Below are positions 7,303-13,970 of a DNA stretch of 24,916 bases, piece after piece; position 1 is the stretch's first letter, and every line of letters starts with the position of its first letter. Location of the stretch: IMG/VR virus record IMGVR_UViG_3300037515_000383, positions 1-24,916 of that record; one strand, 5' to 3'. The stretch is from a virus. Lineage: Duplodnaviria; Caudoviricetes. The notes under the pieces are model-generated. The model searched no databases. It saw only the letters and a list, made by a program, of their open reading frames with translations, and was not told the DNA's origin. The translations under genes and the position numbers were made by a program.

Positions 7303-9708
7303 CTACGCCCCCATCCAGGACTGCTCCCCGCCGGGCCACGGCCGGTGGGCGGTTGGGTCGAGCCGGCGCGTCTCGGCTATATGCACGGTCTCGGCGAAGG
7401 TTGTGGCGAGCGCGTCGGCGCCGTCCGGGCTGCGCCCGATCTCCTTGCGCACGTCCGCCTTCTTCTCGAGCGCGAGCCGGCGGTGGAAGTCTTCCTTGCC
7501 CTTCGGGCCCGTCAATTCGCCGTCCAGGATGTCGTCGTCGGGGATGTCGGCGCCACCCGCGTCCCTGAGCCAGTCGCGCACCCGCCCCCAGATTTCGGCT
7601 CGCTTGTTGAGGTACTTGCGCGGGTCCTCCGCCCGCCCCCCGAAATCGACCAGCGTGAGATTGCGGTAGCCGCGGTCCTTGAGGATATCGTGGACCTGGG
7701 CGCCGCCGCCGCCGGTGTCGATGAACACCATGGCGGGGTGGTGCTTGTCGATGTGCCGGGCGAGCCTCGCGGCCACACTCACGGCGTCCTTGTCGACGAA
7801 GCGATCGTAGACCTTGCGGCCCGCGGCCCGGCCCTGGCGGTCCATGATCACGTTGTCGTCGCCGCCCTCGCCGCCGCCGCCGGTAGCCACGTCGACGCCG
7901 AAGACCAGGGGCGCGTGGTCCTGGCCCGGGGCACGGAAGGCGCGGGCGCGGGCCACCAGATCGCCGCCGATGAACGCCCCCTGGCGGGACGCTCGGAACG
8001 CCTCGTCGACGGTGGACGGATATTCTTGGCGGAAGCGCCAGCACAGGTCGTCCGTGGGCTCGCCATCTGCCGTGGCAAGCTCGATGTTCTTGAGGTAGGC
8101 CCAATAGGTCTGGCACTCATCGAGGCCCTTGGTCCGGGCGTATTCGGCCAATTCAGGGCTCGGCACCCAATCCCCGGGCGGTTCCACCGCATACTCGCCG
8201 TGCTCGAACCACGGGATGAAGATCAGCTCGAATTCACCCGTCTTCCGTTGCGCGGCCATCGCCGTGTTGTAGAAGAACCCGCCGAGGCCGTTTGCCGTGC
8301 CCTCGAGGATCACTTCGCTCCCCGGCGCCTTCGGCACTGCCTGCAAGGCACCGGCCGCGTGCTCGGCCGCGTGGGGCCAGAGGCCTACTTCAGATCCGTG
8401 GAAAAGCTGGAAGGTGAAGGAACGCCCGGTGCCCTTGGACCCGGCGGTTCCGACCTGGAAGCCGCTGTCAAGTGCGTCGAAGGAGAGTTCCTTGGCGCTC
8501 GCCGCCCCGGTGTGCGGTGCCTGCGGGTTGTTCTTGTGGAAGCGCGCCACCATGTCGAACACGTTGTCGGTGGCGTCCTGCTCGTGGGTCAGGATGAAGG
8601 CCCGAAGCCCTCTGTTGCGGCTGACCCGGTGGTAATATCTGGCGCTGACGTAGGTCGAATTGTGAGAGACGACGCCCTCGCAGACGAAGGTCTGCGTTGA
8701 AGTTTGCAGGTCAATCATCTCGCGGACGCCCAACGGCTCGACCGAGACAACCGCAAGCCAGCCATTGCCGATCTTTTTACCAGGCAAGCTCTTGCCTTCC
8801 CACCAGCGCAAATCTCGGAAACGAACCGGCTGCGTCTGGCCGACAAGCCGGAAGATTTCGGAGGAGCGCGTGAGCGAGAGCGCATGAACCGGCTTATTGC
8901 CGAGCTTGCTCGTCTCGCCGCCCTTGCGGCTATCGACGTATTCGCGAAAAGTATAACTGCGAGAGATGAGATACTGGCGCGCTCGATCCAGAACAGGCCC
9001 CGCCACTTGATGAACCACAGCTTCAACCCCAGCGCCACTGCGCGCCCGCACCGTCCCCTCGCCATCCAAGAGGCCGCCGAACCACGCATCTTCAAGGCCC
9101 TGCTTGCCCCATGGCGCGGTCACATACTTTATAAAATCGCCCGCCCTGGTGTCCCCGACCTCGCGCCATTGGCAGTAGTCGCCGCCGCGCTGGCGGGTTA
9201 AAAAGCGATGTTCGGCAGTCGCGATCAACTCAACGCCGTTCTCAAGGACGAGCTTGAAGGCCGCTTTCCGCACCGAGGCAACAACTTCGATCCTGCAAGT
9301 GCGGAGCTTCCGATCCCGACCTTTGCCACCAGGGATATCTTCGTCGGTTGCGACAAGCTCATCTCCGACGCTCACTTCTTTGAGTGGCACCCAGCGGTGA
9401 CCGGCGGTCAAGACCCTCATACTTGGCGCGAGGCAGACTCCGGGCTGACGAGCTTTCACGATCACCTTGCGCACCATGCCCGTGCGCCGCTTCTGGTCTT
9501 CGATCTCGGCATGGACGCGGCGCTGCACGGCGTTGAGGCGGAGCAGCATGTCCGCCCCTTTCTTGGGCCTGATCTTGAGGCAGTCGGCCGCGAACACCCT
9601 CAGATCCGCGTCGTACTTCGCCTTGTTGGCGTCGATCTCGGCCAGCCGGCCCCGCGCCTTCATGCGGGCCGCCCCCCGGAGGTCCTCGATCTCAAGAGCT
9701 TCCGTCAT
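7303..9708 (-). CDS. terL: Terminase large subunit, intein-containing
   Basis: Walker A KARQPGV|ST split by the intein; Walker B-like FHGSEV; ILEGTANG coupling motif; nuclease FGVDVA...SPDGADALA. Confidence 0.93.
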   Translation of the reverse strand: MTEALEIEDLRGAARMKARGRLAEIDANKAKYDADLRVFAADCLKIRPKKGADMLLRLNAVQRRVHAEIEDQKRRTGMVRKVIVKARQPGVCLAPSMRVLTAGHRWVPLKEVSVGDELVATDEDIPGGKGRDRKLRTCRIEVVASVRKAAFKLVLENGVELIATAEHRFLTRQRGGDYCQWREVGDTRAGDFIKYVTAPWGKQGLEDAWFGGLLDGEGTVRARSGAGVEAVVHQVAGPVLDRARQYLISRSYTFREYVDSRKGGETSKLGNKPVHALSLTRSSEIFRLVGQTQPVRFRDLRWWEGKSLPGKKIGNGWLAVVSVEPLGVREMIDLQTSTQTFVCEGVVSHNSTYVSARYYHRVSRNRGLRAFILTHEQDATDNVFDMVARFHKNNPQAPHTGAASAKELSFDALDSGFQVGTAGSKGTGRSFTFQLFHGSEVGLWPHAAEHAAGALQAVPKAPGSEVILEGTANGLGGFFYNTAMAAQRKTGEFELIFIPWFEHGEYAVEPPGDWVPSPELAEYARTKGLDECQTYWAYLKNIELATADGEPTDDLCWRFRQEYPSTVDEAFRASRQGAFIGGDLVARARAFRAPGQDHAPLVFGVDVATGGGGEGGDDNVIMDRQGRAAGRKVYDRFVDKDAVSVAARLARHIDKHHPAMVFIDTGGGGAQVHDILKDRGYRNLTLVDFGGRAEDPRKYLNKRAEIWGRVRDWLRDAGGADIPDDDILDGELTGPKGKEDFHRRLALEKKADVRKEIGRSPDGADALATTFAETVHIAETRRLDPTAHRPWPGGEQSWMGA
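8659..9435 (-). mobile_element. Intein (259 aa) with LAGLIDADG-type endonuclease domain
   Basis: Starts at Cys (CLAPSMRVLT); block B ATAEHRF; WFGGLLDGEG motif; ends VVSHN followed by Ser+1; visibly lower GC than flanks. Confidence 0.93.
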
Positions 9709-10129
9709 CGCGCTCCGATTCCAGGAGGCCGAGCAGCGCCCGGAGCTCCTGTTCGGTCATGTCCTCGATCCTCTTTAGGCCGAGCACGTGCCGGTCCACG
9801 ATCAGCCCAAGCACCTTGGCCTTGCCCATGGTGGCCTGCACAGCGGCGCTGGCCGACTTGTTGACGCGCGCGAATTCGCGGTCGTCGTCGAGCTGTACGG
9901 CAATATCCGCCACCGTCACGATGGTCCGCTCGGCCGCCTGTTCCTTGAGATACCTCATACGGCCGCGAATATGCTCCTTGAGGGCGAGCCGGTTGGCGCC
10001 CTGCTTGGTCCCGTTATAGCCGGCCTTCCTGTACGCCTCCAACTCCCGCAGGCCCGCCGCGAGATGCCGGCAGAACGCCTCGTGGCGCGCCTTGGGGAGG
10101 GGTTGCGAGGGATCGAGTGCCTTGCTCAT
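9692..10129 (-). CDS. terS: Terminase small subunit
   Basis: RHEAFCR..G....AYRKAGY HTH signature and GKAKVLGL; ATGA-coupled start at 10129; directly upstream of terL. Confidence 0.85.
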   Translation of the reverse strand: MSKALDPSQPLPKARHEAFCRHLAAGLRELEAYRKAGYNGTKQGANRLALKEHIRGRMRYLKEQAAERTIVTVADIAVQLDDDREFARVNKSASAAVQATMGKAKVLGLIVDRHVLGLKRIEDMTEQELRALLGLLESERDDGSS

Positions 10130-10491
10130 GCCGCCGCCCGGATCAGCACTTCGCCCTGGCCGTAGCAGGCCACGTCGCCACCGGCGTCTGTGACCGCGAG
10201 GGTTTGCCAGAAGACCCCGGACTTGCCGGCGAGATCCGCCGCCGCGATGGCAACCGCCGCGTTCCCGTCGGTGAGCGTGACACCTCCGGCCGCGCTGGTC
10301 TTCTCCAGGACGGGGTTCCCCTTGAATGGCTTGCGGCCCCGGCGCGGCACGGCGCGGTAGAGCTTCCATGCCGCCGACATGCCCCCGACGATCTCGAGGG
10401 TGTCGCCGTTGTCGGCGAAGAGCCCGATGCCCAGCGTGAGGTCTGTGCCGGCCGCGTGCTCAATCGGCGGGAAGCGCGTGATGCTGCGCAT
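10126..10491 (-). CDS. Hypothetical structural protein, possible BppU-N-like beta-sandwich
   Basis: 121 aa; pattern G.DL.L...W....LEKTS..GGVTL....VAIAAADL...G...QTL.VTD..G; GGAGG SD. Confidence 0.6.
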   Translation of the reverse strand: MRSITRFPPIEHAAGTDLTLGIGLFADNGDTLEIVGGMSAAWKLYRAVPRRGRKPFKGNPVLEKTSAAGGVTLTDGNAAVAIAAADLAGKSGVFWQTLAVTDAGGDVACYGQGEVLIRAAA

Positions 10492-10500
10492 GGGCGCCTC

Positions 10501-10755
10501 CTAGACGTTGTGGCTTGGCTTCCAGCCCCGCAGCGAGGCGCCGAAGTCGAGTTCGACGAATGACGCATCCCTGCCGGTCAGGACATAGCCCCCCGCCTCG
10601 GCCTGCAAGACGTGGTGCCACGCAAGCCCGGCGTCCTGACCAGCGAGCGTGTGGCTGCCCTGGCCCGCGATGAGGGCGTGCCCCCAAGCGAGCCCGGCGT
10701 CGTTCCCGGTGAGCGCGTAGGACCCCTGTTCGGCGACGAGTGTGTCGGATGCCAT
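10501..10755 (-). CDS. Small protein made of three 22-aa repeats (fibre-stalk-like)
   Basis: LVAEQGSYALTGNDAGLAWGHA / LIAGQGSHTLAGQDAGLAWHHV / LQAEAGGYVLTGRDASFVELDF. Confidence 0.7.
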   Translation of the reverse strand: MASDTLVAEQGSYALTGNDAGLAWGHALIAGQGSHTLAGQDAGLAWHHVLQAEAGGYVLTGRDASFVELDFGASLRGWKPSHNV

Positions 10756-10758
10756 CGA

Positions 10759-11178
10759 TCAGGAAAGCTGGAACAGCCCGTCCGCGTCGTCGAAGTCGAT
10801 GCTGTAGGTCTCGGTGTCGGCGAGCGTCACGTCGGAGCCGTGGTCGTAGAAGGCGATCAAGGGGTCGGCCGGGGAGACGGGCGTGTCGTTGTAGACCACC
10901 ACGTAGCGGAACGTCGCCACCGCGCCCGAGGCGGTTAGCACCAGGTCCGTGAGGTTGAGCTCGTAGACGCCGCCGGTTTGGCCCGACGTGTTGGTGGTGA
11001 TGTTCCTGGTCGAGAGGTTGGTGTAAGCGATCTCGGTCAGGTCCGCGAGAACGGAGTTGCCCGCCACCGGGGCGTTGGCCGCCGCCGTCAGCGCGATCAC
11101 GAGCTGGTCGGCGCTCAGGTCATGGACCTTGTGCGCGAGGTCCTCGACGAACTGGTTGAATTTGGTGTAGGTGGCCAA
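10759..11178 (-). CDS. Conserved small virion structural protein (fibre-associated/adaptor-like)
   Basis: 139 aa; TTG start with GGAGG; KFNQFVEDL, FRYVVVYNDT and LIAFYDHGS.VTL motifs. Confidence 0.75.
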   Translation of the reverse strand: MATYTKFNQFVEDLAHKVHDLSADQLVIALTAAANAPVAGNSVLADLTEIAYTNLSTRNITTNTSGQTGGVYELNLTDLVLTASGAVATFRYVVVYNDTPVSPADPLIAFYDHGSDVTLADTETYSIDFDDADGLFQLS

Positions 11179-11187
11179 GGCGCCCTC

Positions 11188-11448
11188 CTATCCGATGGTC
11201 TCGGTGACCGAGACGTGCGAGGCGTCGTTCTGGACGGTCCCGGTGTCATCGACCTCCATGCGCTTGCCACAGGTCTTGCAGAGGACGAATCTGATCTTGG
11301 CCCGCCCGCCCGCGTCCACCGCCGCGATCTCGAAGGACGCGCCCCCACAGGAATGGACCACCCGCTGGGGCTTCACCCCCGCCAGTGGATGAGGCAGATG
11401 GAGCGTGCGGTTGCGGCGGGGGAAGGCGACGCGCGGGCCTTCGGCCAT
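11188..11448 (-). CDS. Small Zn-ribbon-like protein, 86 aa
   Basis: HSCGG...LCKTCGK motif; start reassigned to ATG 11448. Confidence 0.6.
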   Translation of the reverse strand: MAEGPRVAFPRRNRTLHLPHPLAGVKPQRVVHSCGGASFEIAAVDAGGRAKIRFVLCKTCGKRMEVDDTGTVQNDASHVSVTETIG

Positions 11449-11450
11449 GG

Positions 11451-11621
11451 TTAATACCGCCCCCCGCCCTTCTTGGCCTTCCCGCGCTTGGGGCGCGCTG
11501 GCCCCCGGGCGAATTCGCGGGCAACCTTGGCCGATGGGCATGCCTTCATCGCCTTCCTCCGGCCCTTGGCCGTCATGCACATGGCCATGAAGTTGCGCTG
11601 GCGTTCTGAGACGGCTGGCAT
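11451..11621 (-). CDS. Small very basic protein, 56 aa (MPAVSERQRNFMAMC...KVAREF...), not in the ORF track
   Basis: MP..S..Q..FMA / VA.EF pattern I associate with small phage late proteins; fills the intergenic gap exactly. Confidence 0.7.
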   Translation of the reverse strand: MPAVSERQRNFMAMCMTAKGRRKAMKACPSAKVAREFARGPARPKRGKAKKGGGRY

Positions 11622-11630
11622 GGGCTACCC

Positions 11631-11948
11631 CTAATCTTCCGGCGGCTCGTCGGCGCCGAGCATGATATCTCTGGCGTCTATGCGGCTCAGGCTGCGGTCC
11701 ACCCCGCGCTTGCAGAAATCGCCCAGGAGCTCGCACGGGACCACGTCACGGCAATCCCAGGCCACGTCGCCGCCCCCGTCCTCGCGCCAGACGAACACCG
11801 CGTAGCCCACCATCCCCGGGTTGCGGGAGGCGAGCCGCTTGGCCGCGCTCGCCACGTCATGCCGGGCCTGGCGCTGACGCCGGCGGGCGAGATTCGTCTT
11901 GTGGACGGTGAGGCTGACGACGCGGGGGCGGCTTCGGGGTGCTGCCAT
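11631..11948 (-). CDS. Hypothetical protein, 105 aa
   Basis: GAGGAGG SD before ATG; first gene of the structural block. Confidence 0.7.
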   Translation of the reverse strand: MAAPRSRPRVVSLTVHKTNLARRRQRQARHDVASAAKRLASRNPGMVGYAVFVWREDGGGDVAWDCRDVVPCELLGDFCKRGVDRSLSRIDARDIMLGADEPPED

Positions 11949-11968
11949 CTCGCCTCCTCGCGGGCATG

Positions 11969-11986
11969 AAAAACCCGCCGCGGGAT
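11969..11986 (-). terminator. Weak candidate terminator
   Basis: Minus strand ATCCCGCGGCGGGTTTTT: short stem plus U5. Confidence 0.4.
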
Positions 11987-12014
11987 CTATGCGACCCGGT
12001 TAACGTACCATAAT

Positions 12015-12455
12015 TCAGGCTGTAGACTTCGGCTTATAGATCGGAGGTCGAGATGCCTGAACCCGCTGCCACTCAAATATTGCGGACCACGGTTGTAGAC
12101 GACGGGCCGAACGCCGCACGCGTCGAGCTAACAATAGCCGACGCATCCACTCTCGAAGCGGCAACCGAGTCCGTTGTTCTGTCGGTGCGGGTGCTCGTGT
12201 CGAGTGAGCCAGCTCTGCGCGAAATAGCGGGAGCGTTGACGGCACAAATAGGGCTCGCCTCTGTGGACTTGGACGCGCCGGGCGAACGGCATCCATTGCC
12301 CGATAAACCCGCGATACCAGACTTCCTTCTGAATCCCAGCCCCAGCGAAACCCAACTAGGGAGGCGGCCTTAACCCCCGCCTCGATCATCTCGGGGGTAA
12401 TCTCAACCTCGGGAGGCTCAACGTCCGCAATGTCTTTGGCAGTATCGGGTTTCAT
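12015..12455 (-). CDS. Hypothetical protein with EITPEMIEAG...VYRAM motif; only the first ~60 aa look protein-like
   Basis: N-terminus resembles ORF 12955-13176; completely overlaps the plus-strand gene 12053-12373. Confidence 0.45.
   Translation of the reverse strand: MKPDTAKDIADVEPPEVEITPEMIEAGVKAASLVGFRWGWDSEGSLVSRVYRAMDAVRPARPSPQRRALFVPSTLPLFRAELAHSTRAPAPTEQRTRLPLREWMRRLLLARRVRRSARRLQPWSAIFEWQRVQASRPPIYKPKSTA
12053..12373 (+). CDS. Accessory (moron-like) hypothetical protein, 106 aa
   Basis: GGAGG SD; CATAAT -10-like hexamer at 12009-12014; opposite to late-gene direction; lower GC. Confidence 0.65.
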   Translation: MPEPAATQILRTTVVDDGPNAARVELTIADASTLEAATESVVLSVRVLVSSEPALREIAGALTAQIGLASVDLDAPGERHPLPDKPAIPDFLLNPSPSETQLGRRP

Positions 12456-12473
12456 GCCTGGTGCGTTAACCGG

Positions 12474-12650
12474 ATAGTTCCCGGCGTTCTCATCGAAACC
12501 ATCGAAGCAAGAGTAGGGTTAATGGGGAGCGGAGGCGCTTACAACGCTGTGTCTTATTCATGCCCACGCTGCCACGCGGTATTAGGTGTCCAAATGGACC
12601 CTGTGGCGTTGAATGCCGACCTTCTGGATCGTCTTCGGAAAGGGCGGTAG
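12474..12650 (+). pseudogene. 5'-truncated Zn-ribbon protein remnant (..VLIETIEA..YNAVSYSCPRCHAVLGVQMDPVAL..)
   Basis: Open frame with a single CxxC and no start or first Cys pair upstream; protein-like sequence begins at the right inverted repeat. Confidence 0.45.
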
Positions 12651-12706
12651 CTACGGTGTTTGCATTTGAGTTTTGCGCATCGATATTAAGCATTGCCCTC
12701 TCCTCC

Positions 12707-12733
12707 AAAAACCCCGGCTCACTTGGCCCGGGG
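12707..12733 (-). terminator. Intrinsic terminator candidate
   Basis: Minus strand CCCCGG-N10-CCGGGG-TTTTT. Confidence 0.6.
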
Positions 12734-12758
12734 CTTGCGCTTCCGTCCTTTGGGCGCG

Positions 12759-13136
12759 ATGCGTAAGTGCAAGCAAATCCGCAACCAGTTTGCTCATTGC
12801 CACTGGATAGATTTTGCCAAAGAGGGATTGTATTTCACCAACATGGAGGACGCCGCAGCCTCTAGCGGGGGGGTGCCAATTTTAGAGTTCCGTCACGTAG
12901 ACCCGCCCCTTCTAAAGACGCACGAGGCTTATTTCTGCTACACCTCCGATTGCCTTACCTATCTCGCCGCAGAGAGTCAAAGGCGTCGATGTCTAATTGG
13001 TTCACACCCGCACTCATGGCCGAAAAAACAAGAGCCACCGATTCCTTATAATCCTCCAGAGGAACACCCACTCCCAGAGAATTGGCTAGAAAGTCTCGGC
13101 CTTTCTTCAAAGCCTCCGGGGAAGGGTAATTCTTAG
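12759..13136 (+). pseudogene. Probably 5'-truncated HEPN-like protein (RNQFAH = RX4H)
   Basis: Motif lies only ~8 aa after the first ATG; no SD; a terminator hairpin sits where the 5' half would be; low GC. Confidence 0.5.
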
Positions 13137-13176
13137 CGCCAGCCTGTCGGCTCTTATCTGTATCGGGCTTCTGCAT
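12955..13176 (-). CDS. Hypothetical 73-aa protein related to ORF 12015-12455
   Basis: Shared KPDT.K / PE...G / V..VF.AM.A pattern; antisense to the 3' end of the HEPN-like gene. Confidence 0.4.
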   Translation of the reverse strand: MQKPDTDKSRQAGAKNYPSPEALKKGRDFLANSLGVGVPLEDYKESVALVFSAMSAGVNQLDIDAFDSLRRDR

Positions 13177-13208
13177 TTGTCAAGTACACAATGCCCGGCG
13201 CACCGGGC
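13155..13208 (-). promoter_or_regulatory. Candidate late promoter (TTGACA at 13183-13178, weak -10) preceded by a GC hairpin at 13193-13208
   Basis: Perfect -35 hexamer in the gap after the last early gene; -10 (CAGATA at 17 bp) is poor. Confidence 0.4.
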
Positions 13209-13251
13209 GGGGTCACAATTCGATACCGTAGGAACCTTGTCTACTTTGCGG

Positions 13252-13506
13252 TTATGAATCCGTCAAGGATTTTCTGCGCTTCCGCTGGTACTCCCGCATG
13301 TAGGCGCGGTACTTAGCGGAGTTCCGCGCGCGCCACCTGAGCGCCTTCTCGACATTCTTCCGCCGGCGCTCCTCGACCGCGTCAACCGTCTGTTCGTTTA
13401 CCTGTTCGTTTACCTGGGGTGCTGTAAGTTTACTCGGCGCGCTCAAGCACGGCCGCCCGCACCACACCGTTGAACTACATACCGGGCATCGCTCGGCCAG
13501 CCTCAC
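13252..13506 (-). CDS. Small Cys4 plus basic-helix protein, 84 aa
   Basis: GTGA-coupled start; CPVC..WC...C; C-terminal YRAYMREYQRKRRK. Confidence 0.65.
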   Translation of the reverse strand: MRLAERCPVCSSTVWCGRPCLSAPSKLTAPQVNEQVNEQTVDAVEERRRKNVEKALRWRARNSAKYRAYMREYQRKRRKSLTDS

Positions 13507-13970
13507 CCCGCCCTCCTCACCGCCCACAGCGGCATCCGCCCGGCGTATCGACGCAGCGCGCGGCATATCTCGCCCTCGGACGCCCCCCCGGGCGGCTCCC
13601 CTTCCACGACTACCCTCAGCACCGCATCCACGATCCTAGAGCCGGTTTCAGCCACCCAGGGCAGGTATCGCCTGGCGTGGGCCCGGGCCAGTTCCTCAGG
13701 AATCTCGGCGCGCCGGCCCCCGCTCGACCGCGTGTAGCTCATCCCCGTCATCATCGCGTCTCGGCAGACTGCGGTGTACACGTCCCGGATCTCGTAGGCC
13801 GCGGCCAGCCCGGCGCCGTCGAGCCTCCCAAGATCGGCGAGCGCCTTCAACGGGTCGGGCCGCTGCTTCGCCACCGTCTCTGGAGTCGGGTTGGCACGCT
13901 CCTCCACGTCGGCCCGGCCACGCCTGGCCTCCCGCTTCCGCCAGCCCCTCGACTTCGGCCCCCGTGCCAT
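13503..13970 (-). CDS. Hypothetical protein, putative late-transcription regulator (Q position)
   Basis: Between replication and late genes; L..L...GRL....AA.EIR and C-terminal helical LR.Y pattern; start uncertain (13970 or 14003). Confidence 0.5.
   Translation of the reverse strand: MARGPKSRGWRKREARRGRADVEERANPTPETVAKQRPDPLKALADLGRLDGAGLAAAYEIRDVYTAVCRDAMMTGMSYTRSSGGRRAEIPEELARAHARRYLPWVAETGSRIVDAVLRVVVEGEPPGGASEGEICRALRRYAGRMPLWAVRRAG

Larger units (their letters stand above)
11996..12473. repeat. 15-bp inverted repeat pair bounding a 478-bp cassette
   Basis: CCGGTTAACGTACCA (11996-12010) versus reverse complement of 12459-12473, CCGGTTAACGCACCA; 14/15 identical. Confidence 0.8.

Noticed and set aside
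5092-8700. 1202-aa plus-strand ORF
   Set aside because: Antisense shadow of portal/terL caused by high-GC codon bias. It has no motifs and stops as soon as it enters the lower-GC intein.
10130-10369. N-terminal extension of terS
   Set aside because: Overlaps the 121-aa gene in another frame; the ATGA start at 10129 fits better.
10501-10755. CRISPR or DGR template/variable repeat interpretation of the 66-bp repeats
   Set aside because: Degenerate coding repeats without spacers; differences are not adenine-specific; no cas or reverse transcriptase gene in the window.
148-11948. Wholesale TAG reassignment (genetic code 15)
   Set aside because: TAGs fall at gene boundaries followed by plausible starts, none interrupts a conserved domain, and no suppressor tRNA is visible. 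Only partial read-through remains plausible.
11996-12473. Integron attC/gene-cassette interpretation of the GTTAAC repeats
   Set aside because: GTTAACG does not fit GTTRRRY, no attC-sized hairpin is visible and there is no integrase.
12490-12766. ORFs 12490-12708 (-) and 12560-12766 (+)
   Set aside because: No recognisable motifs. The third frame (Zn-ribbon remnant) explains the region better, and the plus ORF runs through a terminator hairpin.
13392-13407. Possible alphaproteobacterial LexA box (GTTC-N7-GTTC)
   Set aside because: The spacer is 8 nt, and the repeat is a 12-bp coding duplication (QVNE x2).
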